Below are positions 25,201 through 38,145 of a stretch of 64,000 nt of DNA, in pieces. The position numbers were made by a program, and so were the translations under genes. Position 1 is the stretch's first letter, and the number at the start of each line of letters is the position of its first letter. The stretch lies in the sequence record MH494197.1; one strand, written 5' to 3'. The notes below the pieces were generated by a model. That model saw only the letters and a program-made list of their open reading frames with translations, did no database searches and was not told the DNA's origin.

Positions 25201-27201
25201 TCTTAATATTGCAAAAATACTGCAATCACTGGTGATTTAGCTGTATCTGGCACACTAACTGCTGGTTCAATCGACCTAAGCAATACTGATGTAACCGTTA
25301 AATCTCTTGATTCACTAGGTAACGCACACATTGCTGGTGACCTAACTGTAGATGGTGCATTCGACTTAAGTGCAACTAACCTTGTAGCTGCAAGTCTAGC
25401 AAGTACTGGTTCTACTACTGTTGGAACTGATCTAGTACTAACAACTGGTGTTGTGACTGGTAGCCCAGCTATCTCTGGTAATACAACAATCGGTGGAACT
25501 CTTGGTGTAACTGGTGCTGTTAACCTAACTGATATTGTTAATATCGGTAAGAAAGTAACAGTGAGTACTGGTGGTATTCAGGTAGTTGATGGTGGTATCA
25601 ATACTAACACAATTAACGTTTCTGGTGCTTCTACTCTAGCAGGAACTTCCATTACTGGAACTTTAGGTGTAACTGGTGCTTCTACTCTAGCAGGTGTATC
25701 TGCGACATCACTAACAGTTTCTGGTGACAGTACTGTTCAGAAACTAACTGTCCAAGGTGAATTGATCCCACAAGGTGGTCTTGACCTAAGCGGTGCAGAC
25801 ATTACTGCTAATAGTCTAACTACTGCAACAACTATCAATGCAACTGGCCTAAGTACTCTAAGTGGTGGTGTTAGTACTTCTACTGTGACTGCATCTGGTC
25901 TAGCAACTGTTGGAAGTTTAACTTCTACTGCAAACGCATCAGTTGGTGGCAATTTGGGTGTAACTGGAACTCTAGATGTTACTGGTGCTACTACTGTATC
26001 TTCACTAACAGCTACTGGTGCAGTGAAAACTGGCACAACCCTAACTGTTGGTACTCCAGTTGGTGAACAACCTGAAACTGTACAGATCATTCCAGATACT
26101 TATATTGCTGGTAAATTGCGTGTAATCGGCGGTATTAACGCTGAAATCGACGTAAGTGGTCAAACACTAGAACCATATGCAATTGAAGCTGCTGCAACAC
26201 TATCTGCTGTTGGTAACATTACTTCTGGTGCAACCATCGTTTCTAAAGCTGCAACAATTGGTGATGTTGGTTCACAAAACAACAACCTAACTGTTAATGG
26301 TAACGTAGTAACTAATGGTGACTTCACCGTTACTGGTGTACTAAATGCACAATTGAACCAAGCAGATTCCGATGTAGCTGTTAAATCTTTAACTGCAACT
26401 AATAACGTTGCGGCTGGTACTTCAATCACTGCTGGAACATCCATCACTGCATCAGGCTTACTAAAAGGTAATTCGTTAGAAGTCACCACTACTGGTTCAT
26501 TTGGTGGTGCAGTAACTATGTCAAGTGGTGCAAACATCACTGGTACTGTTGGTATCACTGCTGGTGACCTAACAGTAGGTGGTAATATCTCTGCAACTGG
26601 GACTGCTGGATTCGGTGCAACAACCGTTTCTACCATTACAACATCAGGTTTAGCTACACTTGCAAGTGCATCTGTAACTGGTGCTCTAACTGTAGGTGGT
26701 ACATTAACTGCAAATGGTAACACTGTGATTGGTGATGCTGCTGCTGATACTTTAACTGTAAATGCAACATCGACATTTAAAGAGAACGCAACATTTGATA
26801 AGAACCTAACAGTGACTGGTTCTATTAACACCACCACTGCAAACTTCACCACAAACAACATGGTAACTAAGAAATATTCTGTTATCCCTGCTAGTGTTAC
26901 TGCTTCTACTGCTGCTGTAGGTGGTACTTGGACACCAGATGGTACTACTAACGTATATCGCTTAACTCTTGACCAAAGTGTTACAATGGATTCCATCGCG
27001 GGTCTAATTGGTAGTGGTCAAGCATGTTCAGTGTATATCTATGTAACTCCATCTGTTGCTGATACTACTTTCACCTTCGGTGGTGCATACTCTGTAGTTT
27101 CTGGTACAGTAAGTGCTGTAGTTGGTCAAACAAGTATTATCCAAGTAATCTATGATGGTTTCAGTACTGTGTTTGATACCTTCGTTGCACAACGTGTATA
27201 A
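22272..27201 (+). CDS. Long tail fibre 1 (about 1640 aa, G/T/V/S/A-rich beta repeats), frameshifted
   Basis: ORFs 22272..23546, 23781..24740, 24884..25240 and 25453..27201 join; recurrent V-G-L-V-G and (I/L)DLS--D(I/V)--KSL motifs; C-terminal tip WTPDGTTNVYRLTL...VIYDG...FVAQRV. Confidence 0.75.
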
Positions 27202-27219
27202 CATTTTAAATTAATAATT

Positions 27220-27250
27220 AAAGCCAACTAAAATAGTTGGCTTTTTCTTT
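27220..27250 (+). terminator. Rho-independent terminator
   Basis: AAAGCCAACTA-AAA-TAGTTGGCTTT then T-run. Confidence 0.85.
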
Positions 27251-27280
27251 GTATTAGATAATAGTGTTTTGTGAATTAAA

Positions 27281-27287
27281 CTAAATA
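27281..27287 (+). promoter_or_regulatory. Putative late promoter of fibre 2
   Basis: CTAAATA in context actaaatataagtatattaacaa. Confidence 0.6.
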
Positions 27288-27347
27288 TAAGTATATTAAC
27301 AAAAGATGGGTTATGAATATATAGTTCATCGTTATAGGAGGGACTCT

Positions 27348-30300
27348 ATGTACTCGATTAAAACGGATCTTGATGTATCTGGTAATTCCACGGTAGGTAA
27401 GGATCTTTTGGTCAAAGGTAATGCAGTATTCAGTAATGACCTAACGGTTAATGGGGAAGTGTCTTTTGCTAACGCAGTATTCACTGCAATTACCGCTGGT
27501 TCTGTGAATGTCACAGGTGCATTGGATGTTGCTGGTAAGGCAACCTTATCCGGTGGTGCTGATGTTTCAGGTGCTGCGACATTTGCAGGAAACATTACTG
27601 CTGCTGACGGCACAACTGCAAAATTTGATAACTTAGAAGCTAATTCAGGATCATTTAATTCTGTTGAATCAACTGATATTACTTCAACTGGCACAGCAAC
27701 TTTTAAAGATGTAAACATTTCTGGTACACTTGGTGGTACTTTTAATCTTTCTGATATTAATGCTACAACACTTAATGTGTCTGGTGCTTCAGCACTAACT
27801 GGTTCAGTCACATTGGGTGCAAATATCACTGGTCTTGCAAGTACTGCAAACTTCCGTGATATTCGTATCGGGCCTAATGAAGAAGGTCAAGCATATAGAC
27901 TAAACTTTGGTTACACCGTTCGGACAACGACCAACCGTTCTTCTACAGAACGAAGTTCAATCCGAACTAATGTCTCCTGCTAAGTTGAATGTTCTACAAA
28001 CTGCAACATTTGGTGATTCTTCACTTTCAACTTACGGTATTACAGGTAATGGTTTAAACAAATTAGATTATGTAACTATTTCTGGTAACGCAATTCAATC
28101 ACCAACCACTCCTTTACTTGAAGTAACTAAAGGTAAAACTAAAGTTGTTGATTTAGAAGTGACTGGCGTAGCAACTATTCCTAATATCGAAAGTTCTGGT
28201 ACTGCAAACTTTAACAACATCAACGTATCTGGTACTATTGGTGGTAGTTTTGATTTAGATGATATCCAAGCAACAACATTATCAGTATCCGGTGCTTCAG
28301 CACTAACTGGTGCAGTTACATTGGGTGCAAACATCACTGGTCTAGCAAGTACTGCAACATTCAAAGCAATCAATTTGGGTCAAAATACCGCTGATGCTAA
28401 CGTTAAGCTAGGTTTTGCATATACTGCACCTAGTGCACGTCCAACAGTCTTGTTAGCAAACGAAGTTCAATCTGAACTAATGTCTCCTGCTAAGTTGAAC
28501 GTTCTACAAACTGCAACCTTCGGTTCTGCTGCACTATCTACCTATGGTATTACTGGTAATGGTCTAAACAAATTAGATTATCTAACAATTACTGGTAACG
28601 CAACACAAAACCCTGCTACTCCACAACTTCAAGTTGGTGGTAAAGCAATTCTTAATGATGTTGAATTTACAGGTACTGTAACTGGCCTAACTGTTGATGT
28701 GAGTGGACAAGATCTAACTCCTAAATCAGTAGTTGCTGCTGAAGCAATCAAAGGTCAAACTCTTGAATCAGTTGGTCAAACAACTGTAGGTTCATCTCTA
28801 CAAGTTGGTGGTACTGCAACTGTTACTGGTGCATTATCTGCTGCCGCTGGTACTTTCAGTGGTGATGTTAGTGGTTCTAAAGGTATCTTCAGTGATAGCG
28901 TATCCGGTACAAGTGCAACCTTTACTGGGGATGTTAGCGGTGATAACGCAACCTTTAGTGGCGATTTATCTGCTGTAGCTGGCACTTTCAGTGGTGATGT
29001 AACCGTAACTGGTCAAACAATCACTGTTAAAGACTTGGTAGTAACTGGAACTTCAACTGGTGTAACTGCAATCGCTGACGTTGACGGTCTTGATATTGCT
29101 CCAAACAAAGTTGATGTTACAACAACTCTATCTGTTGCTGGTGAATCAACTCTTGCTGGTGTTACAGCAACTTCAATCAATAGTACTGGTGCAATTGCAG
29201 GTACTGCAATTTCTGGCTCTACTATTACAGCAACTGGTGAAATTTCTGGTGCATCATCTGTAGTAACTGGTCTTTCTAAATCTGGTAGCGTTGAAACTGG
29301 TGCTCTAAAGGCATCTTCTGTTGAAACTGCAATCATTAGCAACACTGCTGGTGTGTCAATAACAAACAACACTTCAATTGCAGGTAATCTATCTGTAACT
29401 GGAACTGTTACCCCGTGCAATTGACCTAAGTACTACTGATATTGATGCTAAGTCTCTAACAACTACTGAAGGTGCTAACATTGGTGGTGACCTAGTTGTT
29501 GCAGGTACAGTTGATCTAAGTGCTGCTGACGTTGCTGTTAAATCTCTAACCAGTACTGGTGCAGTTATTAGTTCTGAAGGTACAGTAAGTAGTGTTCTAC
29601 CTAAACTTTCCAGTACTGAAGCTAATATTACCACAGTAACTGCAACCACTGCAAATGCTACCACACTAAATGTAACTGGTACATCAACTCTAGCTGGTGT
29701 TAACGCTTCTGGTGCTATTACTTCTGCAACTAACATTACCGCTACTGGTGTATTAAAGGTGCATCTGTTGAAACTGCGTCAATCAGCAATGCTGATGGTG
29801 TAGCAATTAACAATAACACTACAATCACTGGTAATTTGGACGTATCTGGGACATTGACCCGTGCAATTGACCTAAGTACTACTGATATTAGTTCTAAGTC
29901 TCTAACCACAACTGAAGGTGCTACAATTGGTGGCGATCTTGTGGTAGCAGGTACTGTTGATCTAAGTGCTGCTGATGTGTCGGTGAAATCTCTTGCAAGT
30001 GCAGAGACAATTACAAGTGCTGGTGTTATTACAGTTTCGGATACAGTGAATTCTAGCACTCTACCAAAACTAATTACTACTGATGCAACTATTGGTGCTG
30101 TCCATGCAGCTACTATTGAAACAACTGGTTCAAGTACACTAAAACAAGTATCTGCTACTGAAGTAACAGCTACAAGTATTGTACTAAATTCAGTTGGTGA
30201 AGGTTTACGTGTTGACAATAATGCAAACATTAATGGTATATTAAGTGTTAATAATATTACTTCTACCAATGATACTATTGCAATTGCGAAAAGTGCTGCT

Positions 30301-33050
30301 ATTACTGGTGATCTGACCGTATCTGGAACTGTTACCCCGGTGCAATTGACCTAAGTACTACCGATATTAGTTCTAAATCCTAAGTACTACTGAAGGTGCT
30401 ACAATTGGTGGTGACCTAGTTGTTAATGGTTCAATTGATTTAAGTTCTTCCAATGTTTCAGCAATTACCCTTGCTAGTTCTGGTAATACTACCGTTGGTG
30501 GTAACCTAGTACTAACAACTGGTGTTGTGACTGGCAGCCCATCTGTATCTGGTAACCTTTCAGTTGCAGGTACTGCGGCAGTAACTGGTGCAACTACCTA
30601 ACTGATATCGTAAATATCGGTAAGAAAGTAACTGTAAGCACTGGTGGTATTCAAGTAGTTGCAGGTGGTATTAATACCGACGCTATATTAGTATCCGGTG
30701 ATACAACTTTAAACAACACTACTGTAAACACTACCTTAAATGTAACTGGTCAAAGTACAGTTGCTGCACTAAGTGCTGCATCTTTGAATGTATCTGGTGA
30801 TAGTACTGTTCAAAACTAACAGTTGAAGGTGAATTGGTTCCACAAGGTGGTATCGACCTAACTGGTGCAGATATTTCTGCTAATAGTCTTGCAACTGCTT
30901 CAACAATCACTGCAACTGGACTAAGCACACTAAGTGGTGGTGTAAGTACTACTAATGTTACTGCATCTGGTACAGTGAATGCTGGTAGTTTGGATGTTAC
31001 TAACAACGCAACCGTTGGTGGTAATTTGGGTGTAACTGGTTCATTAACTTCTGGACCATTGAGTGTAACAGGCATTGCGAATATTACTGGTGTAACAACT
31101 GTTGGTTCATTGGTTTCCGGTGCTGTATCTGGTAGTACTGGTACATTTAGTTCAACATTAGGTGTAACTGGTGCAGCTACATTTGACAATGACGTAACTG
31201 TTGAAGGTGTATTCACCCCAGCAGGTGGTTTAGACCTAACAACTTCTGATATTACAGCTAAGAGTTTGTCAGTATCTGAAACTATTCACTCTGATGGTGC
31301 AGCTTCCTTTGGTGGTAACACAACAGTAGGTGGTACATTGGGTGTAACTGGTGCAGTAACTGCTCCATCGGCAACCCTAAGCGGTACTGGTACTGCACTA
31401 GCAGTAACTAATAATGCAACTATTGGTGGTACATTGGGTGTAACTGGTCAAGCAACACTTGGTTCTATAGTAACTTCTGGTGTATCTGCAACAAGTGGCT
31501 CTTTCAGTACTACTCTTGGCGTTACTGGTGCTGCGACATTTGGAAACGATGTAACTGTAGTTGGAACACTAACTCCGGTAGCTTAGATCTAACTGGTGCA
31601 GATATCTCTGCTAAAACACTAACTCTATCTGAAACATTAAATGCGACAGGTAATACTACCCTTGGTGGAACATTAGGTGTAACTGGTTTAGCAACAATTG
31701 GTGGAACACTAACGTCTGGTGCAGTAACTGCTCCATCTGCAACCTTGAATGGTTCAGGAACTGGTCTAGCAGTAACTAACAACGCAACCGTTGGTGGTAC
31801 ATTAGGTGTAGTTGGTCAAACAACACTAGGTTCTGTTAAAACTGGTGCAACTCTAACAGTTGGTACACCATTAGGTGAGCAGCCTGAAACTGTACAGATT
31901 ATGCCAGACACTTATATTGCTGGTAAACTACGTGTTGAGGGTGGTATTAACGCAGATATCGATGTTGGTGGACAAACACTAGAACCGTTTGCAGTAATAG
32001 CATCTGATTCTTTATCTTCTGCTGGTAATATTACTGCTGGTGCGGCAATTATTTCAAGTTCTGCAACAATTGGTGAAGTCGGTTCACAAAACAACAACCT
32101 AATCGTTAATGGTAACGTTGTAAACAACGGTAACTTCACTGTTACTGGTGTACTAAATGCACAATTGAACCAAGCAGATTCCGATGTAGCTGTTAAGTCT
32201 TTGACTGCAACTAACAACGTAGCTGCTGGAACCACATTAAGTGCAGGTACTGCAATTACTGCTGGTACTTCCATCACTGCAACTGGATTACTTAAAGGTA
32301 ATACTTTATTACTACTACTGGTTCATTTGGTGGTGCAGTAACTATGTCAAGTGGTGCAAACATCACTGGTACAGTGGGTATTACTGCTGGTAACCTAACA
32401 GTGGGTGGTGATATCTCTGCAACTGGCACTGCTGGATTCGGTGCAACAACCGTTTCTACAATTACAACATCAGGTTTGGCTACACTTGCAAGTACATCCG
32501 TTACTGGTAACGCAACAGTAGGTGGAACACTAGCAGTAACAGGAGCACTAACTGCGAATGGTAACGTAACATTAGGTGACGCAGCGGCTGACGTTCTAAC
32601 CGTTAATGCAACTTCATCATTTAAAGAAAATGCTGTGTTTGATAAGGCAGTAACAGTAACTGGTGAACTAACCACTACTAATGCTAACTTAACTACTACA
32701 ACAGTAACTACCAAAAGTATGATGTAATCCCAACTCAAGTTACATCATCAGTAATTGCTCCAACCGGAACATGGACTCCAGATGGTACAAGTAACGTGTA
32801 CTTCATCACTCTAGACCAAGATACCACGTTGGCTCCAATTACTGGCCTAATTGGTGGCGGTAAAGCTGCATCAGTATACATCTATGTTAAACAAGATACA
32901 ACTGGTAACAGAAACTTTACAACTGATGGTACTTATGCTGTTGTTGATGGTGAACTAAACAAAACTGCTGGTAGCGTGACCATTTACCAAGTAATTTATG
33001 ATGGTGTAAGTCCAGTTACTGATTTGTTCATTGCACAACGTACTGCTTAA
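27348..33050 (+). CDS. Long tail fibre 2 (about 1900 aa), paralogue of fibre 1, frameshifted
   Basis: Same N-terminus MYSIKTDLD; same block order; extra internal repeats near 31000-31830; tip WTPDGTSNVYFITL...VIYDG...FIAQRTA; GGAGGG RBS. Confidence 0.75.
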
Positions 33051-33114
33051 TAATTATAATAAAAAACGGTGTCATCAATTATGGTGACACCATCTTAACA
33101 AGTGAGGTAGTTAT

Positions 33115-33891
33115 ATGTTTACATATGTAAAAGGTAGTTCTAAAGAAAATTATGAATTGGGTAACATCATCTCCAACCCAGTTGGTGTTAAGGGTTTAAA
33201 AGAACGCCGGGCAACTCCAGATGATGAACAAACATATCGTTATTTGTACAGTGATATTCGTGCACTTTATGGTATTTCAAGTAAAGATGGTTCTGAAATT
33301 GAACCTAATAACGCTGTTCGCAAAGAAGAGGGTTTCTGGTGGTTGGAATATAAGAATGTTGGTAATGTGAACGCAATTAATGAGAATTTGGAATATATTA
33401 AACTACAAGATAGTAATCAACCAGTCATCACATTCTTAGAAGAAGCAGAAGGTGAATATAAAGAGTTAACAGTACTGAAAACTTATAATTATGTTGATAT
33501 GGACATTGCAGCAGTTAAATCTGATCTGAAAGCACGCACAGTATCATCTCGTAGTGATCGTATTAATGCTGGTTATATGTTTAACGGTCATCGTTATAGT
33601 ACTGATCTAGCTGGTCGTCAAATGCTTCTTAATTATTATACACAAGTAACTTCCGGTTCAGATAGCGTTTCGATTTTCCTTGATGACGCAATTGTAAAAC
33701 TATCTGCTGCTGAAATGACTCAACTATACACTGAAGCATTTGCTATGGTTGAATCCCTATTTGCAGAGTGTAATAAGCAATGTGCTGACATTGATGCAGT
33801 TCCTGATGCTGATGAAGATGCAATTTATAAAGCACAACAGGCGGCTGTATGGGTATATGAAGGTATTGATATTCCTGAGCGTACTCGTTAA
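33115..33891 (+). CDS. Tail-fibre assembly chaperone-like protein (DUF4376-like C-terminus)
   Basis: Intact 258-aa ORF directly after the fibres; GYMFNGHRYSTDLAGRQMLL followed by a helical C-terminus. Confidence 0.55.
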   Translation: MFTYVKGSSKENYELGNIISNPVGVKGLKERRATPDDEQTYRYLYSDIRALYGISSKDGSEIEPNNAVRKEEGFWWLEYKNVGNVNAINENLEYIKLQDSNQPVITFLEEAEGEYKELTVLKTYNYVDMDIAAVKSDLKARTVSSRSDRINAGYMFNGHRYSTDLAGRQMLLNYYTQVTSGSDSVSIFLDDAIVKLSAAEMTQLYTEAFAMVESLFAECNKQCADIDAVPDADEDAIYKAQQAAVWVYEGIDIPERTR

Positions 33892-33904
33892 TTTATATTT
33901 TTTT

Positions 33905-33934
33905 AAAGGTCAACTATGGTTGGCCTTTTCTTTT
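33905..33934 (+). terminator. Rho-independent terminator
   Basis: AAGGTCAAC-TATG-GTTGGCCTT then TTCTTTT. Confidence 0.6.
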
Positions 33935-33982
33935 ATCTAAAATAAATACTTAATATATAATCTATTCTGAGGAAATATTTAA

Positions 33983-35943
33983 ATGAGTATAAATCGAATT
34001 AGAGGTGATGGTGGTGTAATTATAGATAGTCAGGCATTTCTAGAATTACCTAAAGCACCGACTAAAGAAACCGCTGATGTGGTTAGATCAGGGATGATTA
34101 GATACAATAAAGGATGGAAAGCATTTGAAGGTGTACTAGACTTTGAAGATGGTTCAATGGCATATCGACGTTTTGCAAACCTAGATGCAAACGGTAAACT
34201 TCTTACTTCCCAATTACCAGATTCAGTAACTAGTGGTTTACAATTTGTTGGTACATATAATCCCATCCCAGATGATATCGATCCACCTTTAGCACAAACT
34301 CCACTACCAGCACCATCACCATCGCTTAATGGTGATTATTATGTCGTTCGTGGTATAATGGATGCCGCACAAGCACATTATGAAGCAAATAATCCACAAA
34401 CAAGTCCTGTTACATTTACACCTACAAATCCAACTGGACAAGGTAATTGGATTGAAATTTTATATTATGTTGACTCTAATCCAAATATATCTGGTGCTAA
34501 ACTAGTAACATACGCTTTTGCTAGAATTATTACTGCATCTATTCCCAGTACTGGACATGATGGCCTTGAAAATTTAGCAACAGATACTGACTTGACCAAA
34601 CCATTTGCATCTGGTGTTCCAATGAACCAAACTGCACTTTCAGATGGCGATTGGATTATTATAACTGAAGATAAGAATATACGTCTTCGTCAGTCAAGAA
34701 CAAGCATTTCCGCTGCTTCAGTATTATATGACAATACTGTAATGATTGCAAATCATCGTCAATTTAGAACAAACGCAGGGACCGTTCAAACATCCATAGA
34801 TAACGTTGTGATTGAGTGTTTACGTAGAACTGGCGATTCCATGTATAATGATGGAACAGACGGCTCTGGGCGTTTTGGGGTGGTGTATGGCAGTGCAGCA
34901 GCACCAGCATTGACATTTAATAATAATCCGTTTGACCCAACGAACAACCCGTAATGACCCAACTAAGTGGTCCGATGCTAATACTGGTATATTCCATCCA
35001 GCAGATGATGCAATTGGTTTTACAACAGCCGGAACTGAGCGTGTTCGAATTAATAATGGAACACTAACATTATTCCAAACTACCGCTACACCAGCAGCTA
35101 CGCCAGTAATACGTTTTGATAATGCATCAAACACAAACGTAGGGATAAGTGCAAGTAGTAATATTATTTCTTTAAGTTCAATGAATAAAATTCAAGTTGA
35201 ATTTAAAAATGGTGAATCACATTTTCATGGAAATATTATTGTAGATGGATCAACATCACTAACAGGTGATTTAAACGCAGGTAACATCACTGCCAGCGGA
35301 ATTTAGTTGTTAAAGGTAATACAACACTAGGCGACACTACTGGCGACACTATTACAGTTAATGGTGTTAGTACTTATAATGCAAATACTAATTTCAATGG
35401 AACTAATAACAAATTCAAAACATAAACTTACTAGAGAATGGTGTATTCACATTAGAAAGTACTACAAACCAAAGTGATATAAAACTACTTGGTGCAGACT
35501 TACGTTTCACTATGGGAAGTTATGCTGATGTAAGTATATATGATAACGGTGTTATTCGTACTCGTTTCAACCGATATGGTATTCAATTACCAGTACTGGC
35601 TACAATTGATAACTCAGTTGGTGTTGATGGTATGATTGCATACTCAAATACCGAACGTACATCGATGCAGAAGGTCCAAGGACAATGGGTTCCAATTGGT
35701 TCTGGTTCTGTACGTACTGACCCGTTTACTGCGTCAGCGTGGGTTTTAAACGGCTCATATTACACATTAACAGTAACTGCTAGTAACATAGTAACTGCTG
35801 AAATTCAAGAACTCGTAAGTACTGGTGTTTACACTCGTGTTGAAGTTGATAGTGTCACATTCAATGGAACAAGCGTAGTGTTCAGTATTCCTGCAACTCC
35901 TGATGTGAGATTTGCCGGACGTACACTGGTTACATTAAGATAA
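33983..35943 (+). CDS. Tail-fibre-related virion protein (proximal/hub type), frameshifted
   Basis: LELPKAPT...GMIRYN...AFEG and GIQLPV...DGMIAYS motifs typical of myovirus fibre proteins; DANGKLLTSQLP; ORFs 33983..34954, 34932..35306 and 35512..35943 join; TAAATA at 33943. Confidence 0.6.
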
Positions 35944-35944
35944 T

Positions 35945-35971
35945 AAAAAGGAGACTTATGTCTCCTTTTCT
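35945..35971. terminator. Bidirectional rho-independent terminator
   Basis: AAAAGGAGAC-TTAT-GTCTCCTTTT between convergent genes. Confidence 0.85.
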
Positions 35972-36899
35972 TTATACAGCCATTGGTGCTTTGATCGTTG
36001 GCATTGGATCGTAATTAACTAATTTGAAAGAATCCATAGTGAAATCTTCAATATCAGTAATAGTAGGATCTAACCATAATTCTGGTAATGTACGTGGTTC
36101 ACGTTGGAGTTGCTCTTTTACTTGTTCAATATGGTTTTGATAGATATGGCAGTCGCCACCATTCCAAATAAATTCACCAACATCTAACCCTGTAATTTGT
36201 GCAATCATATGAGTTAGTAGTGAGTAACTACTAATATTAAATGGCACACCAAGGAATAGATCAGCACTACGTTGATGAAGAATACAACTTAGTTTACCCT
36301 GTACAACACAAAACTGCACAAAGCTATGACAGGGTGGCAAAGTCATAGCATCAAGCTCACCAACGTTCCATGCACTTAGAATGTGACGACGACCATATGG
36401 ATCAGTATTGATACCTTCAATAACTTGTTTTAGCTGGTCAGTTACGACGCATAATAACACCATGTGAACCAGTATAATCAATAACTTTATACCCTTTATC
36501 TTTTAGTTCTTGAATTTCTTCAGTACTGGAACTGAATTTATAATCTTCCCATTCACGCCATTGTTTACCATAAACTGGGCCAAGCTCACCATCAGAATAC
36601 CCAAGGCTTACACCTTGATTAAGGTAGTTGTCTGTCCAAATTGTTTTCTTTTCTACATCACGTGTCCCGTGTAAAATTTCACACAGACGACGCTCATCGT
36701 GAGAACCTTCAATAAACCATAACAATTCTGAAGTCATTGCTTTCCAAGCTAAACGTTTAGTAGTTACTGCTGGGAAACCTTCTTTTAGGTCAAAACGCAT
36801 TTGTTGTCCGATTAGCTTGATAGTGCCAACACCAGTACGATCAACGCTTTCGACACCTTGATCCAGAATTCTTTGATATAGTTCTTGTAGTTGTTTCAT
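35972..36899 (-). CDS. thyA: Thymidylate synthase
   Basis: [89 protein letters not shown]; one frameshift near 36440. Confidence 0.97.
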
Positions 36900-37486
36900 T
36901 TTACGTCCTTGAAAAATGTAATAAAGTGTTCCATGTGTTTTGTGTAGCATTACGTGAACCAATCCCAGTCCAGTTACCGTGTGGTGCTGGTATTGAGAAT
37001 GTTTCAGTAAACTCTTTCAGTACTGTATCATAATAAAATACAGAGCGAGTGTTCATATCATAACAATATATTTCTGGATTGTCAACTGAATCCATATACA
37101 TCTGTACGGCCCATGCAGTTCCACCTGAAACTTGCGTAGGTGATGTAATATTTGCAATACAATATACTCTTTTGTATTAAGTATCTGGTAACTATTCCTT
37201 GCAAGTAAGTTATATACATACGAACCGCTTAGGAACTTTACGGCGTAAAGAGTAACATGCAATGTTTAATTGTTTTAATATTGAACTATCACAAAGGATA
37301 TTGGGTGGAATTTCTAATATAGTATTTTCATCTACGCTGCTTTGGTGACCCTTGAATGAAAAATTTATTACTTCAAATCCATTGTCTTTTGCATAGATAG
37401 AAAAAGGCGGTCAGCACCTGCTGCCCGCCACTGAAACATACATTAGATAAACCATTGATTGCTTCATCTAATTCTATTTTATTCAT
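36896..37486 (-). CDS. SLOG-superfamily-like nucleotide-binding protein (not seen whole in the ORF track)
   Basis: Reconstructed MNKIELDEAINGLSNVCFSGGAAGADRLF...LLARNSYQIL...VSGGTAWAVQMY...GNWTGIGSRN; stop overlaps the thyA ATG. Confidence 0.6.
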
Positions 37487-37491
37487 TTATA

Positions 37492-38143
37492 TTATTTTGC
37501 TTTACGTTCTGCAAATGCCTGTTTAACTTTCTCAATTGCTTTGGTTTGTGAAATTCCTTCTGGGATTTCAATATAGAAAGTTTTGCTATCAGGTGCTACA
37601 GGTGTTGCTTGAACTTGTGGACGTAGAGATGGTTCTAAGTTGTAAGCACGTTCAAAGTGCTCTTTAGCCAACTGCTCATAACGTTGTGCATCTTTAAGTA
37701 GTTGCTCAACAATGGTAGCTTCTTCAACAGAAGTATCAACTTCTTGTGGCTTGAATGGGTTGTATTCTTTAACTTTACCATCTTCATGTTTTTAGCATCA
37801 TTATCATTGATTGCGTTGTTTAGAACATCAAGAGAAATCTTACTGTTTCCACCAACATGCATATCAATATCACAAGTACGTGCACGACGCAAATGTTGTA
37901 GATTATGAAGAACATCTAGCATTTTGCGACCGTCTAGATGACCAATCTTATGCATAACTTCCCACAAATCTACATTCGATTGACCTTGATTCATTACTAA
38001 ATCTGCAACAGATTGAGCATATGCTTCAGGAAGTGAGTCGCGATAAACAATGAGACAATGTTCTGGATCATCAGGAGTGAACGCCATACCACAAATACTC
38101 GTGAACCCGTATTACGTACTACACCAACGTGACGAATAGCCAT
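37492..38143 (-). CDS. Conserved phage hypothetical protein
   Basis: Reconstructed MAIRHVGVVRNTGSRVFVVWRSLPDDPEHCLIVYRDSLP...DGRKMLDVLH...; AGGAG RBS; coiled-coil C-terminal half. Confidence 0.7.
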
Positions 38144-38145
38144 TA

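Noticed and set aside
22490-32738. Long minus-strand ORFs over the fibre genes (e.g. 26160..26996, 23996..24556)
   Set aside because: Shadow frames of GGT/ACT/GTA-rich repetitive coding sequence; no RBS or promoter support
22272-33050. CRISPR-like array or DGR template/variable repeat pair
   Set aside because: Repeats are in-frame protein repeats without constant repeat-unique spacer periodicity; differences between copies are not adenine-specific, and no reverse transcriptase is in the window
36440-36560. Group I intron or intein in thyA
   Set aside because: The extra segment is only about 35 codons, stays coding and has no intron core or homing endonuclease; a loop insertion plus one indel explains it
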